A stretch of 64,000 nt of DNA, from the NCBI GenBank assembly GCA_965240325.2, contig OZ251228.1, positions 1,488,001-1,552,000 on the forward strand. The letters run 5' to 3'. Positions 32,401 through 43,748 of the stretch are shown here, one piece after another. A program made the position numbers and the translations under genes. This DNA comes from Rebecca billardiae RCC1528. Lineage: Eukaryota; Protista; Haptophyta. Within the stretch, counting starts at the first letter, position 1. The number at the start of each line of letters is the position of its first letter. The notes under the pieces are model-generated. The model did no database searches. It saw only the letters and a list, made by a program, of their open reading frames with translations, and was not told the DNA's origin.

Positions 32401-35400
32401 GGCTGGGCGGTGGGCTCGGAGGCGCGCGCGGAGCGCCGAGTGGCAAAGGCGGAGGTGGGCTGGGAGGCGGCGGGCTGGGCGGCGGGCTGGGCGGCGGGCT
32501 GGGCGGCGGTGGTGGCGGTGGGCTCGGCGGAGGGCTGGGCGGGGGGCTGGGCGGCGGGCTGGGCGGCGGGCTGGGCGGCGGGGATGGCGGTGGGCTCGGC
32601 GGAGGGCTCGGCGGAGGGCTGGGCGGCGGGCTGGGCGGCGGGGTGGGCGGCGGGCTGGGCGGCGGGCTCGGTGGCGGGCTGGGCGGCGGGCTCGGCGGTG
32701 GGCTCGGCGGAGGGCTGGGCGGCGAGCTGGGCGGCGGGCTTGGTGGCGGGCTCGGTGGCGGGCTCGGTGGCGGGCTCGGCGGCGGGGTGGGCGGCGGGCT
32801 TGGCGGCGGGCTCGGCGGCGGGCTCGGCGGCGGGCTTGGCGGTGGGCTGGGCGGCGGGCTGGGCGGCGGGCTGGGCGGCGGGCTGGGCGGCGGTGGTGGC
32901 GGCGGGCTCGGAGGCGGGCTGGGCGGCGGGCTGGGCGGCGGGCTGGGCGGCGGGCTCGGCGGCGGGGATGGCGGTGGGCTCGGCGGCGGGCTCGGCGGCG
33001 GGCTGGGCGGCGGGCTGGGCGGCGGGCTGGGCGGCGGGCTCGGAGGCGGGCTCGGCGGTGGGCTGGGTGGCGGGCTGGGCGGCGGGCTGGGCGGCGGGCT
33101 GGGCGGCGGGCTGGGCGGCGGGGATGGCGGTGGGCTCGGCGGCGGGCTCGGCGGCGGGCTGGGCGGCGGGCTGGGCGGCGGGCTGGGCGGCGGGCTCGGC
33201 GGTGGGCTCGGCGGCGGGGATGGCGGTGGGCTCGGCGGCGGGCTCGGCGGCGGGCTGGGCGGCGGGCTGGGCGGCGGGCTGGGCGGCGGGCTCGGAGGCG
33301 GGCTGGGCGGCGGTGGCGGCGGTGGGCTCGGCGGAGGGCTGGGCGGCGGGCTGGGCGGCGGGCTCGGCGGCGGGCTGGGCGGCGGGGATGGCGGCGGGCT
33401 CGGCGGCGGGCTTGGCGGCGGGCTCGGCGGTGGGCTGGGTGGCGGGCTGGGCGGCGGGCTCGGAGGCGGGCTGGGTGGCGGTGGTGGCGGCGGGCTCGGA
33501 GGCGGGCTGGGCGGCGGGCTGGGCGGCGGGCTGGGCGGCGGGCTGGGCGGCGGGGATGGCGGTGGGCTCGGCGGCGGGCTCGGCGGCGGGCTGGGCGGCG
33601 GGCTGGGCGGCGGGCTGGGCGGCGGGCTCGGAGGCGGGCTGGGCGGCGGTGGCGGCGGTGGGCTCGGTGGCGGGCTGGGCGGCGGGCTCGGCGGCGGGAA
33701 TGGCGGTGGGCTCGGCGGCGGGCTGGGCGGCGGGCTTGGTGGCGGTGAGGGCGGCGGCGGTGGCGGCGGTGAGGGTGGTGGCGGCGAGGGCGGTGGAGAG
33801 GGCGGCGGTGGCGGCGGAGGCGAGGGCGGAGGCGGTGAGGGCGGCGGTGAGGGCGGCGGAGGAGGCGGAGGCGACGGCGGCGGTGGCGACGGCGGCGGCG
33901 AGGGCGGCGGCGGCGGCGGTGGCGAGGGCGGTGGTGGCGACGGCGGCGGCGAGGGCGGCGGCGGCGGCGGTGGCGACGGTGGCGGTGGCGAGGGCGGCGG
34001 CGAGGGCGGCGGTGGCGGCGGTGGTGACGGCGGCGGAGGCGACGGCGGCGGCGAGGGCGGTGGCGGCGGCGGTGACGACGGTGGCGGCGGTGAGGGCGGC
34101 GGCGAGGGCGGCGGAGGAGGCGGAGGCGACGGCGGTGGCGGCGACGGTGGCGGCGAGGGCGGCGGCGGCGGCGGTGGCGACGGCGGTGGTGGCGACGGCG
34201 GCGGCGACGGCGGCGGCGGCGGCGGTGGCGACGGTGGCGGCGGTGAGGGCGGCGGCGAGGGCGGCGGAGGAGGCGGAGGCGACGGAGGCGGTGGCGATGG
34301 GGGCGGCGAGGGCGGCGGCGGCGGCGGTGGCGACGGCGGCGGTGGCGACGGCGGCGGCGAGGGCGGCGGCGGCGGCGGTGGCGAGGGCGGTGGTGGCGAC
34401 GGTGGCGGCGAGGGCGGCGGCGGCGGCGGTGGCGACGGCGGTGGTGGCGACGGCGGCGGCGAGGGCGGCGGCGGCGGCGGTGGCGACGGTGGCGGCGGTG
34501 AGGGCGGCGGCGAGGGCGGCGGAGGAGGCGGAGGCGACGGCGGTGGCGGCGACGGTGGCGGCGAGGGCGGCGGCGGCGGCGGTGGCGACGGCGGTGGTGG
34601 CGACGGCGGCGGCGACGGCGGCGGCGGCGGCGGTGGCGACGGCGGCGGCGGTGAGGGCGGCGGCGAGGGCGGCGGCGGCGGCGGTGGCGAGGGCGGTGGT
34701 GGCGACGGTGGCGGCGAGGGCGGCGGCGGCGGCGGTGGCGACGGCGGTGGTGGCGACGGCGGCGGCGAGGGCGGCGGTGGCGGCGGTGGCGACGGTGGCG
34801 GCGGTGAGGGCGGCGGCGAGGGCGGCGGCGGCGGCGGTGGCGACGGCGGTGGTGGCGACGGCGGCGGCGAGGGCGGCGGCGGCGGCGGTGGCGACGGTGG
34901 CGGCGGTGAGGGCGGCGGCGAGGGCGGCGGAGGAGGCGGAGGCGAGGGCGGTGGTGGCGACGGTGGCGGCGAGGGCGGCGGCGGCGGCGGTGGCGACGGC
35001 GGTGGTGGCGACGGCGGCGGCGAGGGCGGCGGCGGCGGCGGTGGCGACGGTGGCGGCGGTGAGGGCGGCGGCGAGGGCGGCGGAGGAGGCGGGGGCGGTG
35101 ACCAGGGCACCGCCACCAGCACGTCGAGGCCAGAGTCATAGGTTATGATGGTGTCCACAAATTTATTGTAGTAGATCTTGTCATAACTGCCGTCGTTGGC
35201 GTAGACCCAATCCCCTGTTACTGGATTGTTGGCTCCCCCACCGTCCCCCTCGACGTGGATAACAGAGCGAGTTGCCTTATAGTCGGCGAAAATTACGTCT
35301 CGGCCAGGCCCACCTGTGCGCGTGCGCGGCGCATGATGTGCCCGACCAAGTGCGTCGCACGTGCAGGGGACACGTGTGCTGGTTAGTCGAGCGCGCGCGC

Positions 35401-36504
35401 GCGCCCGATTCAGCACAATATCAGCGCGCTCTGGCGGGGCGAGGACAGTGTGTTTGAGTGCTCACCGCCAGCCGCGCACCGAAAATGGTGGTATTGCCGG
35501 TCCCCTCAGTCGAGCTGTCCGCATAGCCCTCCTTGATCGTGTCGTCGCCGGCACCGCCTGGCGGCCGAGGAGGGAGGTGCGCAGTCGCGGCGCCGCAACG
35601 CGGGTGGATGAGCTGGCGGAGTGGCGGTGCGAGCGCTGGCGGCGCTGACGTGTGCTGCATGCCTCGCGCTGGCGCATGCGGCAGCAGATCGCCAGACAGA
35701 TGCATGCGCGCGCGCTGTCATGAACCGATGATGGACGACAAGGATGGATGGCAGACATGGCGCGCACCGAAGAGAAAATTCTGCACTTGGTAGATGCCGG
35801 AGTCTGTTGTACTTTGTGCGGCTCCACCTTGGATGACGTCATCGCCGTCGTCACCGTAGAGCCGGTTCACCACCCTGCCCTGCTTGATGGTATTGGACGC
35901 AGGTGTCAGGGAATCCCCGCCAATGATCGTGTCCGCTCCATCGCCGCCGTGGATCAAGTTGAACACAGAGCCTCCCCGGTAAGTATCCACGCCCACTCCG
36001 CTGTCACCGCCGTCCAGCACGTCGTCTCCCCCCAGACCAGCGATGCGGTTGTAGGCGCTGTCGCCGTCAACACCCCACCAGCCGACGTAGGCATCCGAAG
36101 CAGAGGACCCACTGATAGCATCATTCCCCTCCGTGCCGGTTTGGATGTATACACCGTCATCGTATCCAGAAGGCGCGAGCGAGCGCCTGCAGGGGCGCCG
36201 CGCGCACCGGTGCGAGCATGCGCGCACGCACGTGAGAAGGCGCTGCCGGCATGGTCCTCAGTCGCACGCGCCCCGTCAGGCGGGGCGCCCGGGCCGCGAC
36301 GAGCGCGCCGGCGGCGCGATCGCCACCTCACCCATGCGCGCCAGGGTTGTTTGTGTGCTGCAGGAGCGAGCGGTCGTCATCATCCGCTAGCTCCGAATCC
36401 CATGTCGGCTGGTCCCAGATGCGCGTGAATGCGAGCGCGCCCGTCCCCGCGCGTAGCGCCGCCAGCACGAGACAGGTGGCGGCGAGTTCGCCCCGGCGCG
36501 TCAT
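25759..36504 (-). CDS. Giant (~3,289 aa) type I membrane protein: signal peptide, RTX-like head, Ser-Pro rod, ~52 GCTD Cys repeats, TM, Pro/Ser-rich tail; exons 36504-36332, 36186-35768, 35557-35480, 35313-27089, 26918-26829, 26643-25759
   Basis: All five introns are GT..AG and phase-consistent (9,870 nt coding). Signal MTRRGELAATCLVLAALRAGTGALA; RTX-like GTEGNDAI, GLGGDDVLDGG, GGDGADTIIGG, GDDGDDVIQGG, GGAGDDTI, GGPGRDVI; (SPPP)n; repeats GCTDxxAxNY/FDxxAxxDDGSC; TM VAIVAFIALVGCCCCILLLVLAV followed by RYARDRKK. Confidence 0.85.
32275..35102 (-). repeat. Coding minisatellite for an extensin-like Ser-Pro rod
   Basis: Two sub-arrays: a 51-bp unit (SP7SP3SP4) at ~33750-35100 and a 12-bp unit (SPPP) at ~32480-33750. 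Confidence 0.95.
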
Positions 36505-36612
36505 GTCGGCCAACCCAGACGTCGCGCGGACGAAACACGGCTCCGCACTCGCCAAACCACGGCCAGGACTGGGACGTCACGTGGGAGCGCGGTTCACGCA
36601 GAAGCCACAATC

Positions 36613-37075
36613 TCGACTGACCTGAGCGGTATCATAGTACATTCGCGGCTCGTGAGTTGCCGGGCATGAGAATACCCTATAATAGTTTCGTCAGGATGAT
36701 AAAGACGCGGTAAAACGTGTTGAGACGATGTAGACAGGCACCCACCCAGGACCCTGAACCTCCTGCTTATATCCTTATGATAATCAAGGGCGGTACCTCA
36801 ATGCAAGGGGTCTTACAAATACTTGCTTAATGATCGTCCTAAATTGATGACTGCGCAGCGCTAAAATAATATCGACTGACCTGAGCGGTATAAAATTGAC
36901 AGCGCTAAAACTACCGCCAAAATTGACTGCGCAGCCGGAGCCCGTTATAAAGGGGAATTTAAAAGCGCTAAATGTCGATCTCGCCTGCCTGAGCTGTACA
37001 TGTGCGTCTCTTATTCTTAGTAAACTGTAGACCTTGAGCGGTATATCAAATTGACAGCGCTAAAACTACCGCCAC
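36613..37075. repeat. AT-rich decayed repeat element with internal direct duplications
   Basis: TCGACTGACCTGAGCGGTAT at 36613 and 36872; GAGCGGTAT..AAATTGACAGCGCTAAAACTACCGCCA at ~36883 and ~37036; 36981-37029 matches 63570-63615. Confidence 0.7.
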
Positions 37076-38142
37076 AATTTTGATGGAAACCAAAATGGGA
37101 TTGGGGGTAGGGGTGGGACCTGTCGTCGTCGTCGCGTCCTCCGGAGAACGGTCGCGGTCGGGGAGTGAGACTTCGTCGTCTCGACCGGCAGCCAGCTGAC
37201 AAGGCTGGCAGCCCGACAGATGCGTCTAATGTACACGTAGTAGTAGCAGACGATGTTGTGTCGCCTGTCCGCGCGGCATAGCTGAGCATCCTGCGTCGTC
37301 ACGGCCGTTAGTGATGCACCACCGTGAGCAGCATGGTTCGTGGTGGCCATTCTGCCCGCGTGTGCGAACAGTGAATGAATCGGTTGTGCAGCGCGGCCTT
37401 GCGCTCTTCTTGCCAAGGCGGCGCATGCTGTGGACGTCGGACGTGAGGCGCGTGCGCAGCCCGAGTTCGATCCGTCTCACGCGCGACAAGCGTCCCGTGC
37501 TGACTGGTCATCCTTGGCATGAAGGCAAGGCGTTCGAGGGTGTTGCGGGCCACGCGGCGCGCGGCCGGCGACGGTCACGAGCCGTCCTTGCGCGAGTGCT
37601 TCTCGGGCATCCTGCCGCGGTGTCGCGCAAGCTCACGCTCGGCTGTTGGCGCGGCCAATACGCCTGGAGCTCGGCCGGTGGCGGTGTGCTGCTGCGCTTC
37701 CAAGTCGAGTGGCCGGAGGCGGAGTGCCGGTGCGCTGCGGCACGCGCCCCCCGGCCCGTGGGCCTGGCCGGCTGGCCCAGGCGGGCGGGGCGGCGCGCGC
37801 GCGCGCGCGGCTGGTCGGCCCTGGTCCTGCCTGCATGCCCGCACCGTCACGGCAGTGCGCCTGATTGCCGCTACCCACTGTGCCAGTAGACCTGCCCCAT
37901 ATATATATCACCGTAGTAGTGCATGCCCCGCGGCCGCCGCTGTCGGCGCCTGCGCCTGCGGCCTGGCCCTGGGCCGCGCCTGCCACCGTGGTAGTGGCCG
38001 CCTGCTGGCCGGCTGCCGAGAGTGGCGCGCGTCGGCCGTCACGGTCACGGACAGCGGACACGCCCGCGGACACGGTCGTCAGTCGCGCGCGACATCCGCG
38101 CCGTATAAATCACCGCCGCTGTATATATATATCGCATCACTG

Positions 38143-38143
<1 letters not shown>

Positions 38144-38232
<89 letters not shown>
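38144..38232. repeat. (TA)n microsatellite
   Basis: About 44 units, directly visible. Confidence 0.97.
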
Positions 38233-38234
<2 letters not shown>

Positions 38235-39328
38235 CTCAGTAGTGAGTGAATGTGGGCCTGTTTTATTTCTACCAGATTCCATTTACTATGTCACGGCGAC
38301 AAACCCGTGCTCGCCAGTGGGAATCGGTGTCACGCTCCGTTGGGTGTACCTCTCACGGCCGATGGCGGCCCCCACGTGCGCAAGGAATGCGATTCGTGCA
38401 CTCCTCGGTGACCGGTGAGTGCACGAATCCAGTTGCGGCGCTCGTCCGCCTCGTCGTTGTCGCACACGAGGTACACCCAACACCATGGGTCGGATCCCAG
38501 AACTCTCCGCGCGCTCGCGCCTGCGCGGCACTGGCAGGCTTGTTCTCATCATCTTGGCCAAGACTGCAGCCTGAAAGATGCGCGAGGGCGCGTGTGCACG
38601 CCTTTCCGCGCGTCATGGGTGCGCGTGGCACGCACCTTGTAATATTATACGCCGAGGAGGCCTGAGCATCCGGCCTACTAACCTTCCGCGATCACGTTCA
38701 AATGCAGGCAGCAAGCTGCAAGCAAGCGCACGCCGAACGGAAGCATCTCAAGCTCGACAAGGTAGTGGCGGCGGAGCGTTTAGAGCTGGTGGCGATTGCA
38801 GTCCATCTGGCTGTGAACTGGTCGCTAACTGACACGGGTGCGACGCAGCAGCCAAGGCAGAGTGCTTGCAGCTTGCAGAGGGCCTCCAGCTGCAGCGCCG
38901 GTTTGCCGCCGCTCGCCGCCGCTGCATCGTGCACACTGCCGTGCACCGCGAGTGACCCCTGTGTCAAGGCGAAGCACCACGGCAAGGCGAATCAGCATGT
39001 CTGACAACACCCTTCGCCACAGCGCAGCGCCTCAACACGAGAATGCGCGAATGACGTGCCATCACTTCTCCGGACTAGCTCCGGGGCCCGCACCAGCGGG
39101 CAAGCCGCCATTGTACCGCGTTTTGGCGAATGTCGCCTTTGGGCTCTCGTAGAAATAAAACAGGCCTGCATGACCTGCCGCCGCCAGTGCGCGGACGAGT
39201 GGCCCGCAAGCGAGTGCTACGGTCTACGGAGTGAGCGTAATTCTACGGTGCCGGTGCCGGTGATGCGGTAGTCAGTAGTGCTCGCAGTGATCGCCGCAAT
39301 CATCACTCATCAGGCGGGATGATGCTAG

Positions 39329-42300
39329 CTAGCTCATGTCGATGAGGCCCTTCGAGTTGCCAATGGCAAAGGCGAGGCGCTCCGAGAGGGTCTCGGCGCG
39401 TGAGTACGGGGGCAGCTTGAGCACGTGGAAGCACGTCGACGCAGACGGCAGCTCGCCGTCCGGCCCGGCGGGGCAGTGCTTGAGGCTCACCTGCGGCGCG
39501 GCGCGCGACGCGCAGGCGCGGGCGGCATCGCGTCAGTGACAGGCGGGCGCGCTGCGGCGGGCGCGCGGCGGCACGTGTCGCACGCACCGAGAGCAGTGGC
39601 TGCAGCGCGCCGAGCCCTGCCGGAGGCAGGTGCGGGCAGCCCGTCGTGAACTGCACAAACGCGCGGCGCTCGGGCTGCTCCATGCGCAGCTGGTGCAAGC
39701 GAGACGCCGCGGCGCGCGCGCGGGCGGCGGGTTCCGTGTGGGTGCGGTGTGGTGCGGGTGGGGAGCGAGCGCGGGTGAGCGGTGCGGCGGGGAAGGCAGG
39801 GCGCGCACGCGGGCGGGCGCGCGGGGCGCGCGCGCACCAGCGTGGCGATGAGCGCGCGGTAGGTGGGCGAGCTGCGCGTGAAGCCCTGCTGCGGGACCAC
39901 GTACTGCAGCAGGCTCGGCTGTGCGCGGCGCGCGGCGCGGGTCGTGTGCCGCGTTGCGAGTGGCGGGGGCGCGCGGCGCGGTGTCGCGCGGTGAACACAC
40001 GGGCCACGCGCGCTGCACGCGCGTGCGGCGCTCGCGCGTGCGCTCGCTCGCGCGTGTGTGCGCGCTCGCTCGCGCGTGTGCGTGCGCGCGCTCGCGCGTG
40101 CGGCGTGTGTTGGGTGCCGCGCGCGTGCGGTGTGTGTTGGGTGCCGCACGTGTGCGGTGTGTGTTGGGTGCCGCACGTGTGCGGTGTGTGTTGGGTGCCG
40201 CACGTGTGCGGTGTGTGTTGGGTGCCGCACGCGTGCGGCGCACCTCGTCCCACTCGATCGAGCGGTCGCCGCACAGCAGTGTCTGCAGCTCGGCAGCGGA
40301 GAGCGCGTGTGCCGCGCGCGCGCTCAGCGTCTCGCGCAGCCCCTCGGAGCACGCCTCCACCTGCCGCGCGATGCCCGCGCCCATCAGCAGCTCGAGCATA
40401 CCCGCGGCGTACTCGCCCGCATTCTCCGCCGTCACGTCGCGCTCGGCGCCACCGGCGCACAGCTCAATGCCCGACTGCGCGTCCGCAAAGACGAGGCCGT
40501 AGTCCTCGACGCTCGCGCCCGAGCGGAGCCGCAGCGCGCGCGCACCCGGCGCGTCGCCCGCGCGCAGCCGCGCGTCGCGCTCGCGAGCGAACTCGGCGAG
40601 CTCGAGGATCGCGGCGCCCTTGCGCCCGTGCACTTCGAGCAGCGCGCGCGCGAGCGGCGAGCGCGCGCGCGCGCCCGCGCCCGCCACGCCAAGAGCGTCT
40701 AAAAGAACCACGCTCCCGCCGCCGCCCGCGCCGCCGCCCGGCGCGCCAGCCGGCGCGGCGGGCGGCTCGTCTGGCAGGCAGCCGTGCGCGACGAGCGCGA
40801 CGAACGGGATCGACAGCGGCAGCGGCAGCACCTGCCCGTCCTTGAGCGCCTTCCCCAGCAGCCGCCCGACCAGCCGGAACCTCTCGAGAAGCTTCTCGAG
40901 AAGGTCCGCGCTCGGGTGCGCGGACGGGTGCTGGGGCGCGGGGAAGAGGCCTGCCGGTGGGTTGAGGTGCGTCGGCCCGGCGGGTGGGTCGGGCGCGAGC
41001 GGCGCGCGGCCGGCGCCGCCGCCGGGGCCACCCTCCTCGTCGTCCAGCCAGAGGGGCAGCGCCGCGTTCGTCGAGCGCTCCTGCAGCGCAAGCGCGACGG
41101 CAGAGTAGAACTCAGCGGTCACGCCCGTGCCCGAGCCCGACTCGCCGGCAAAGGTGACGTCTAGCAGAGCGCCCGAGTTGGCGTGCTGGCGGAGCAGCCG
41201 CTCGGCGGACGCGAGCAGCTGCGAGCGCTGCACCGTCACGCGCTCGCGCCGCAGCGCGCCCAGCCTCGACTGTCGGCTGCCAGCCCCGCTCCCGCTGAGC
41301 CCGACCGACGAGTGCTCCTCATCAGCTAGCCTCTGCACGAGCCGAGGCGCGCCGAGCGCGTGCGTCAGGAAGAAGCGCTCGCGCGCGCCGAGGGGCACGA
41401 GCTGGCGCGCGCCGAGCGCGAGCGCGGCGCACCACGCGGGCGTGCGGCCCGTCACGGCGCACAGCGGCTCGGCCAGCTGCGCCTGCAGCCGCCGGCCGAG
41501 TCGCTCGTGTGCCCAAGGTACGTCACGCGCAGGGCGGCGGCGGCCGCCCGCGGGCGGCGAGGCGGAGGAAGCGGGCGCGCCGCCGCCGGCCGGCGCGAGC
41601 CGTCGCAGCAGCAGCGAGAGCGCGACGAGCGCTCGCAGCGCCGGGCCGAGAGGCTCGAGCTGCGAGCGCGCGCGCCGCAGCCACGCCCACGCTCTGAGCA
41701 GCTCGGCGTCGGCGGCGGGCGCGGCGGCTCGGAGCAGCGCGGCGGCGCGGCGCGGCGCGGGGCTCAGGGCGCCGCCGGCCGCGCCGGCGCTCAGCGGTAC
41801 GTCCACGCCGAGCGCGTCGTGAGCCGTCGCGGCCATCAGCCCCGCCGCCGCCTCGTCCTCGTCGAGGCTCACACTCGGCACGGCCGCGTCCGCAGCGGCC
41901 GCGTCCGCAGCGGCCGCGTCCGAGGTCCGGGCGGAATGTCCGGTGCCGCCAGCGCTCGAGCACGCGGGATCGGCGCCGCCGCCGTGCGCGTCAGCGTTCG
42001 CGCCGCCGCCGTCCGCGCCGGCGTCGTACAGCACCGTGTACACCGGCGTGGCGGAGGCGGCGGCGCCGGCCGACGGCGCGCGGCTGCTGCTGCCGCCGCC
42101 GCCGCCACCGGACTGCGCGCCGCCGTCGCCCTCGGCGCTGCCGGCGCGGCGGCCGCCACCGTCGGCGCCGGCGTTCACCAGTGTGCCAAAATGGCGGTGC
42201 ACGATCTCGAAGATCGTCGCCTCCGGCTCCAGCGGCAGCAGCGCGCCGCGGCCGGCGGCGGCGGCCGCCGCGCCGCCCGCGGCCGGCGGGGCGCGCGACG

Positions 42301-43709
42301 CCGAGCGCTCAACGAACAGCCGAACGGGGCCACGCGCGGCGGCGGGCGGCGGGGCGGCGTGGGCAGCATCTCCGGCGCGCGCCGCGCCGCGCGCGCCGGC
42401 GCCGGAGCGCGCGGGCGGCGGCGCGCCGAGCCCAAGCCCGGCGTGCGCCTGCGCCAGCCGGTCGAGCGTGCGCGCCAGCCGTCGCGCCTCCTCCTCCTCC
42501 TCCTCCTCCTCCTCCTCCTCCTCATCACCTTCGTCGTCCTCGTCCTCCTCGTCGCCCATCGCCTCGCCGCCGTCGTCGTCGGCCTCCGCGTCCGCCACCG
42601 CCCGCACGGCCGCATCCTCCACGTCCGTGCCCGCGGCCGCGGCGGCGCTCATGAGCAGCTCGTCGATGAGGCCGGAGAGAGCCGCCTCCGCCGCCGCCGC
42701 GTCGGCGGCGCCGCCCGCGGCGGCGGCGGCAGCGGCGGCCATGCTGGCGGCGCCCCTGCTGCCTGGCGCGCGCCCAGGCTCGGGCTCGGTGCCGCTGGCG
42801 GCGGCAGCGGCCGCGTCTGCGGCCGCGTCGCCGCCGCCAGCATGGCCGTCGTCAGCATCGCCGCCGTCAGCATGGCCGCCGTCAGCATCGCCGCCGTCAG
42901 CATGGCCGCCAAACGGCTGCCGGCTGCGCCGCCCGAGCCCATACACTCCTGGGCTCTCGGCCTCGGCGCCGTCCTCGGCCTCGGCCTTGGTCGAGGGGAG
43001 CTGCTTCGAGCCGCCGACCACCGAGTCCGTCGCCGTGCCCGCCGTCGCCCCGGAGGACGACGACGCGCCGCGCTCAGCCTCGGGCTGGCGCGGCGAGCCT
43101 GAGGCACCGCCGTCCGCGTCGCGCGCGCCGCGCGCGTACTGCTGCTGCCTCACGAGCTGCGGGCGCGCGCCGTGCGTGCGGATCGAGTTGAACGGGTGGC
43201 TCTCCTCCGCGTGCACGCCCGCGTCGAAGCACACGGCGCACAGGTCAAAGTCGGCGCACGCCGCGCACTTGTACCGCACGCCGATGATCGGGTGCGCGCC
43301 GCAGCCGTCACACGTGACCCCGCGGTGCACGCGTGCGCCGCTGCCCGCGGCGGCCGCGGCCGCGGCCGCCGCGGCGCCGGCGAGCTCGCTCGGCACGCGG
43401 CGCAGAAGCTGCTCCGAGATGAACGTCGCGAGCTGCTCCACCGTCGCCAGCGGCTCGATCGCGACGAGCTGCGGGTGCGGCTCGCCCGTCCCCAGCGCGA
43501 GGCCGAGGTGGGCGGCGAGCGCGCTCCCGACGTCTGAGCCCGCGGCCGCGCTACTGCCCTCGCGTGGTCTCAGGCTGAGGCGGATGGGCGTGGTGAGCGC
43601 GCGCACGCACTCGTCGCCCGCGCTGCTGCTGCCGCGCCGCGCCGCGCCGCCGTCCGCGCGCGCGCCGCCGCCGCCGTCCTCGCCGTCCTCCGCGCCGCCG
43701 CTGCCGGCC

Positions 43710-43748
<39 letters not shown>

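Noticed and set aside
31900-35148. Gly-rich, Ala-rich and Arg-rich ORFs of ~1000 aa
   Set aside because: Antisense or alternative-frame shadows of the Ser-Pro coding repeat.
37200-39300. Short ORFs in a lower-GC region (e.g. 38702-39004, 37311-37889)
   Set aside because: No recognisable domain, no consistent GC3 bias or splice model; may be TE or gene relics but unsupported.
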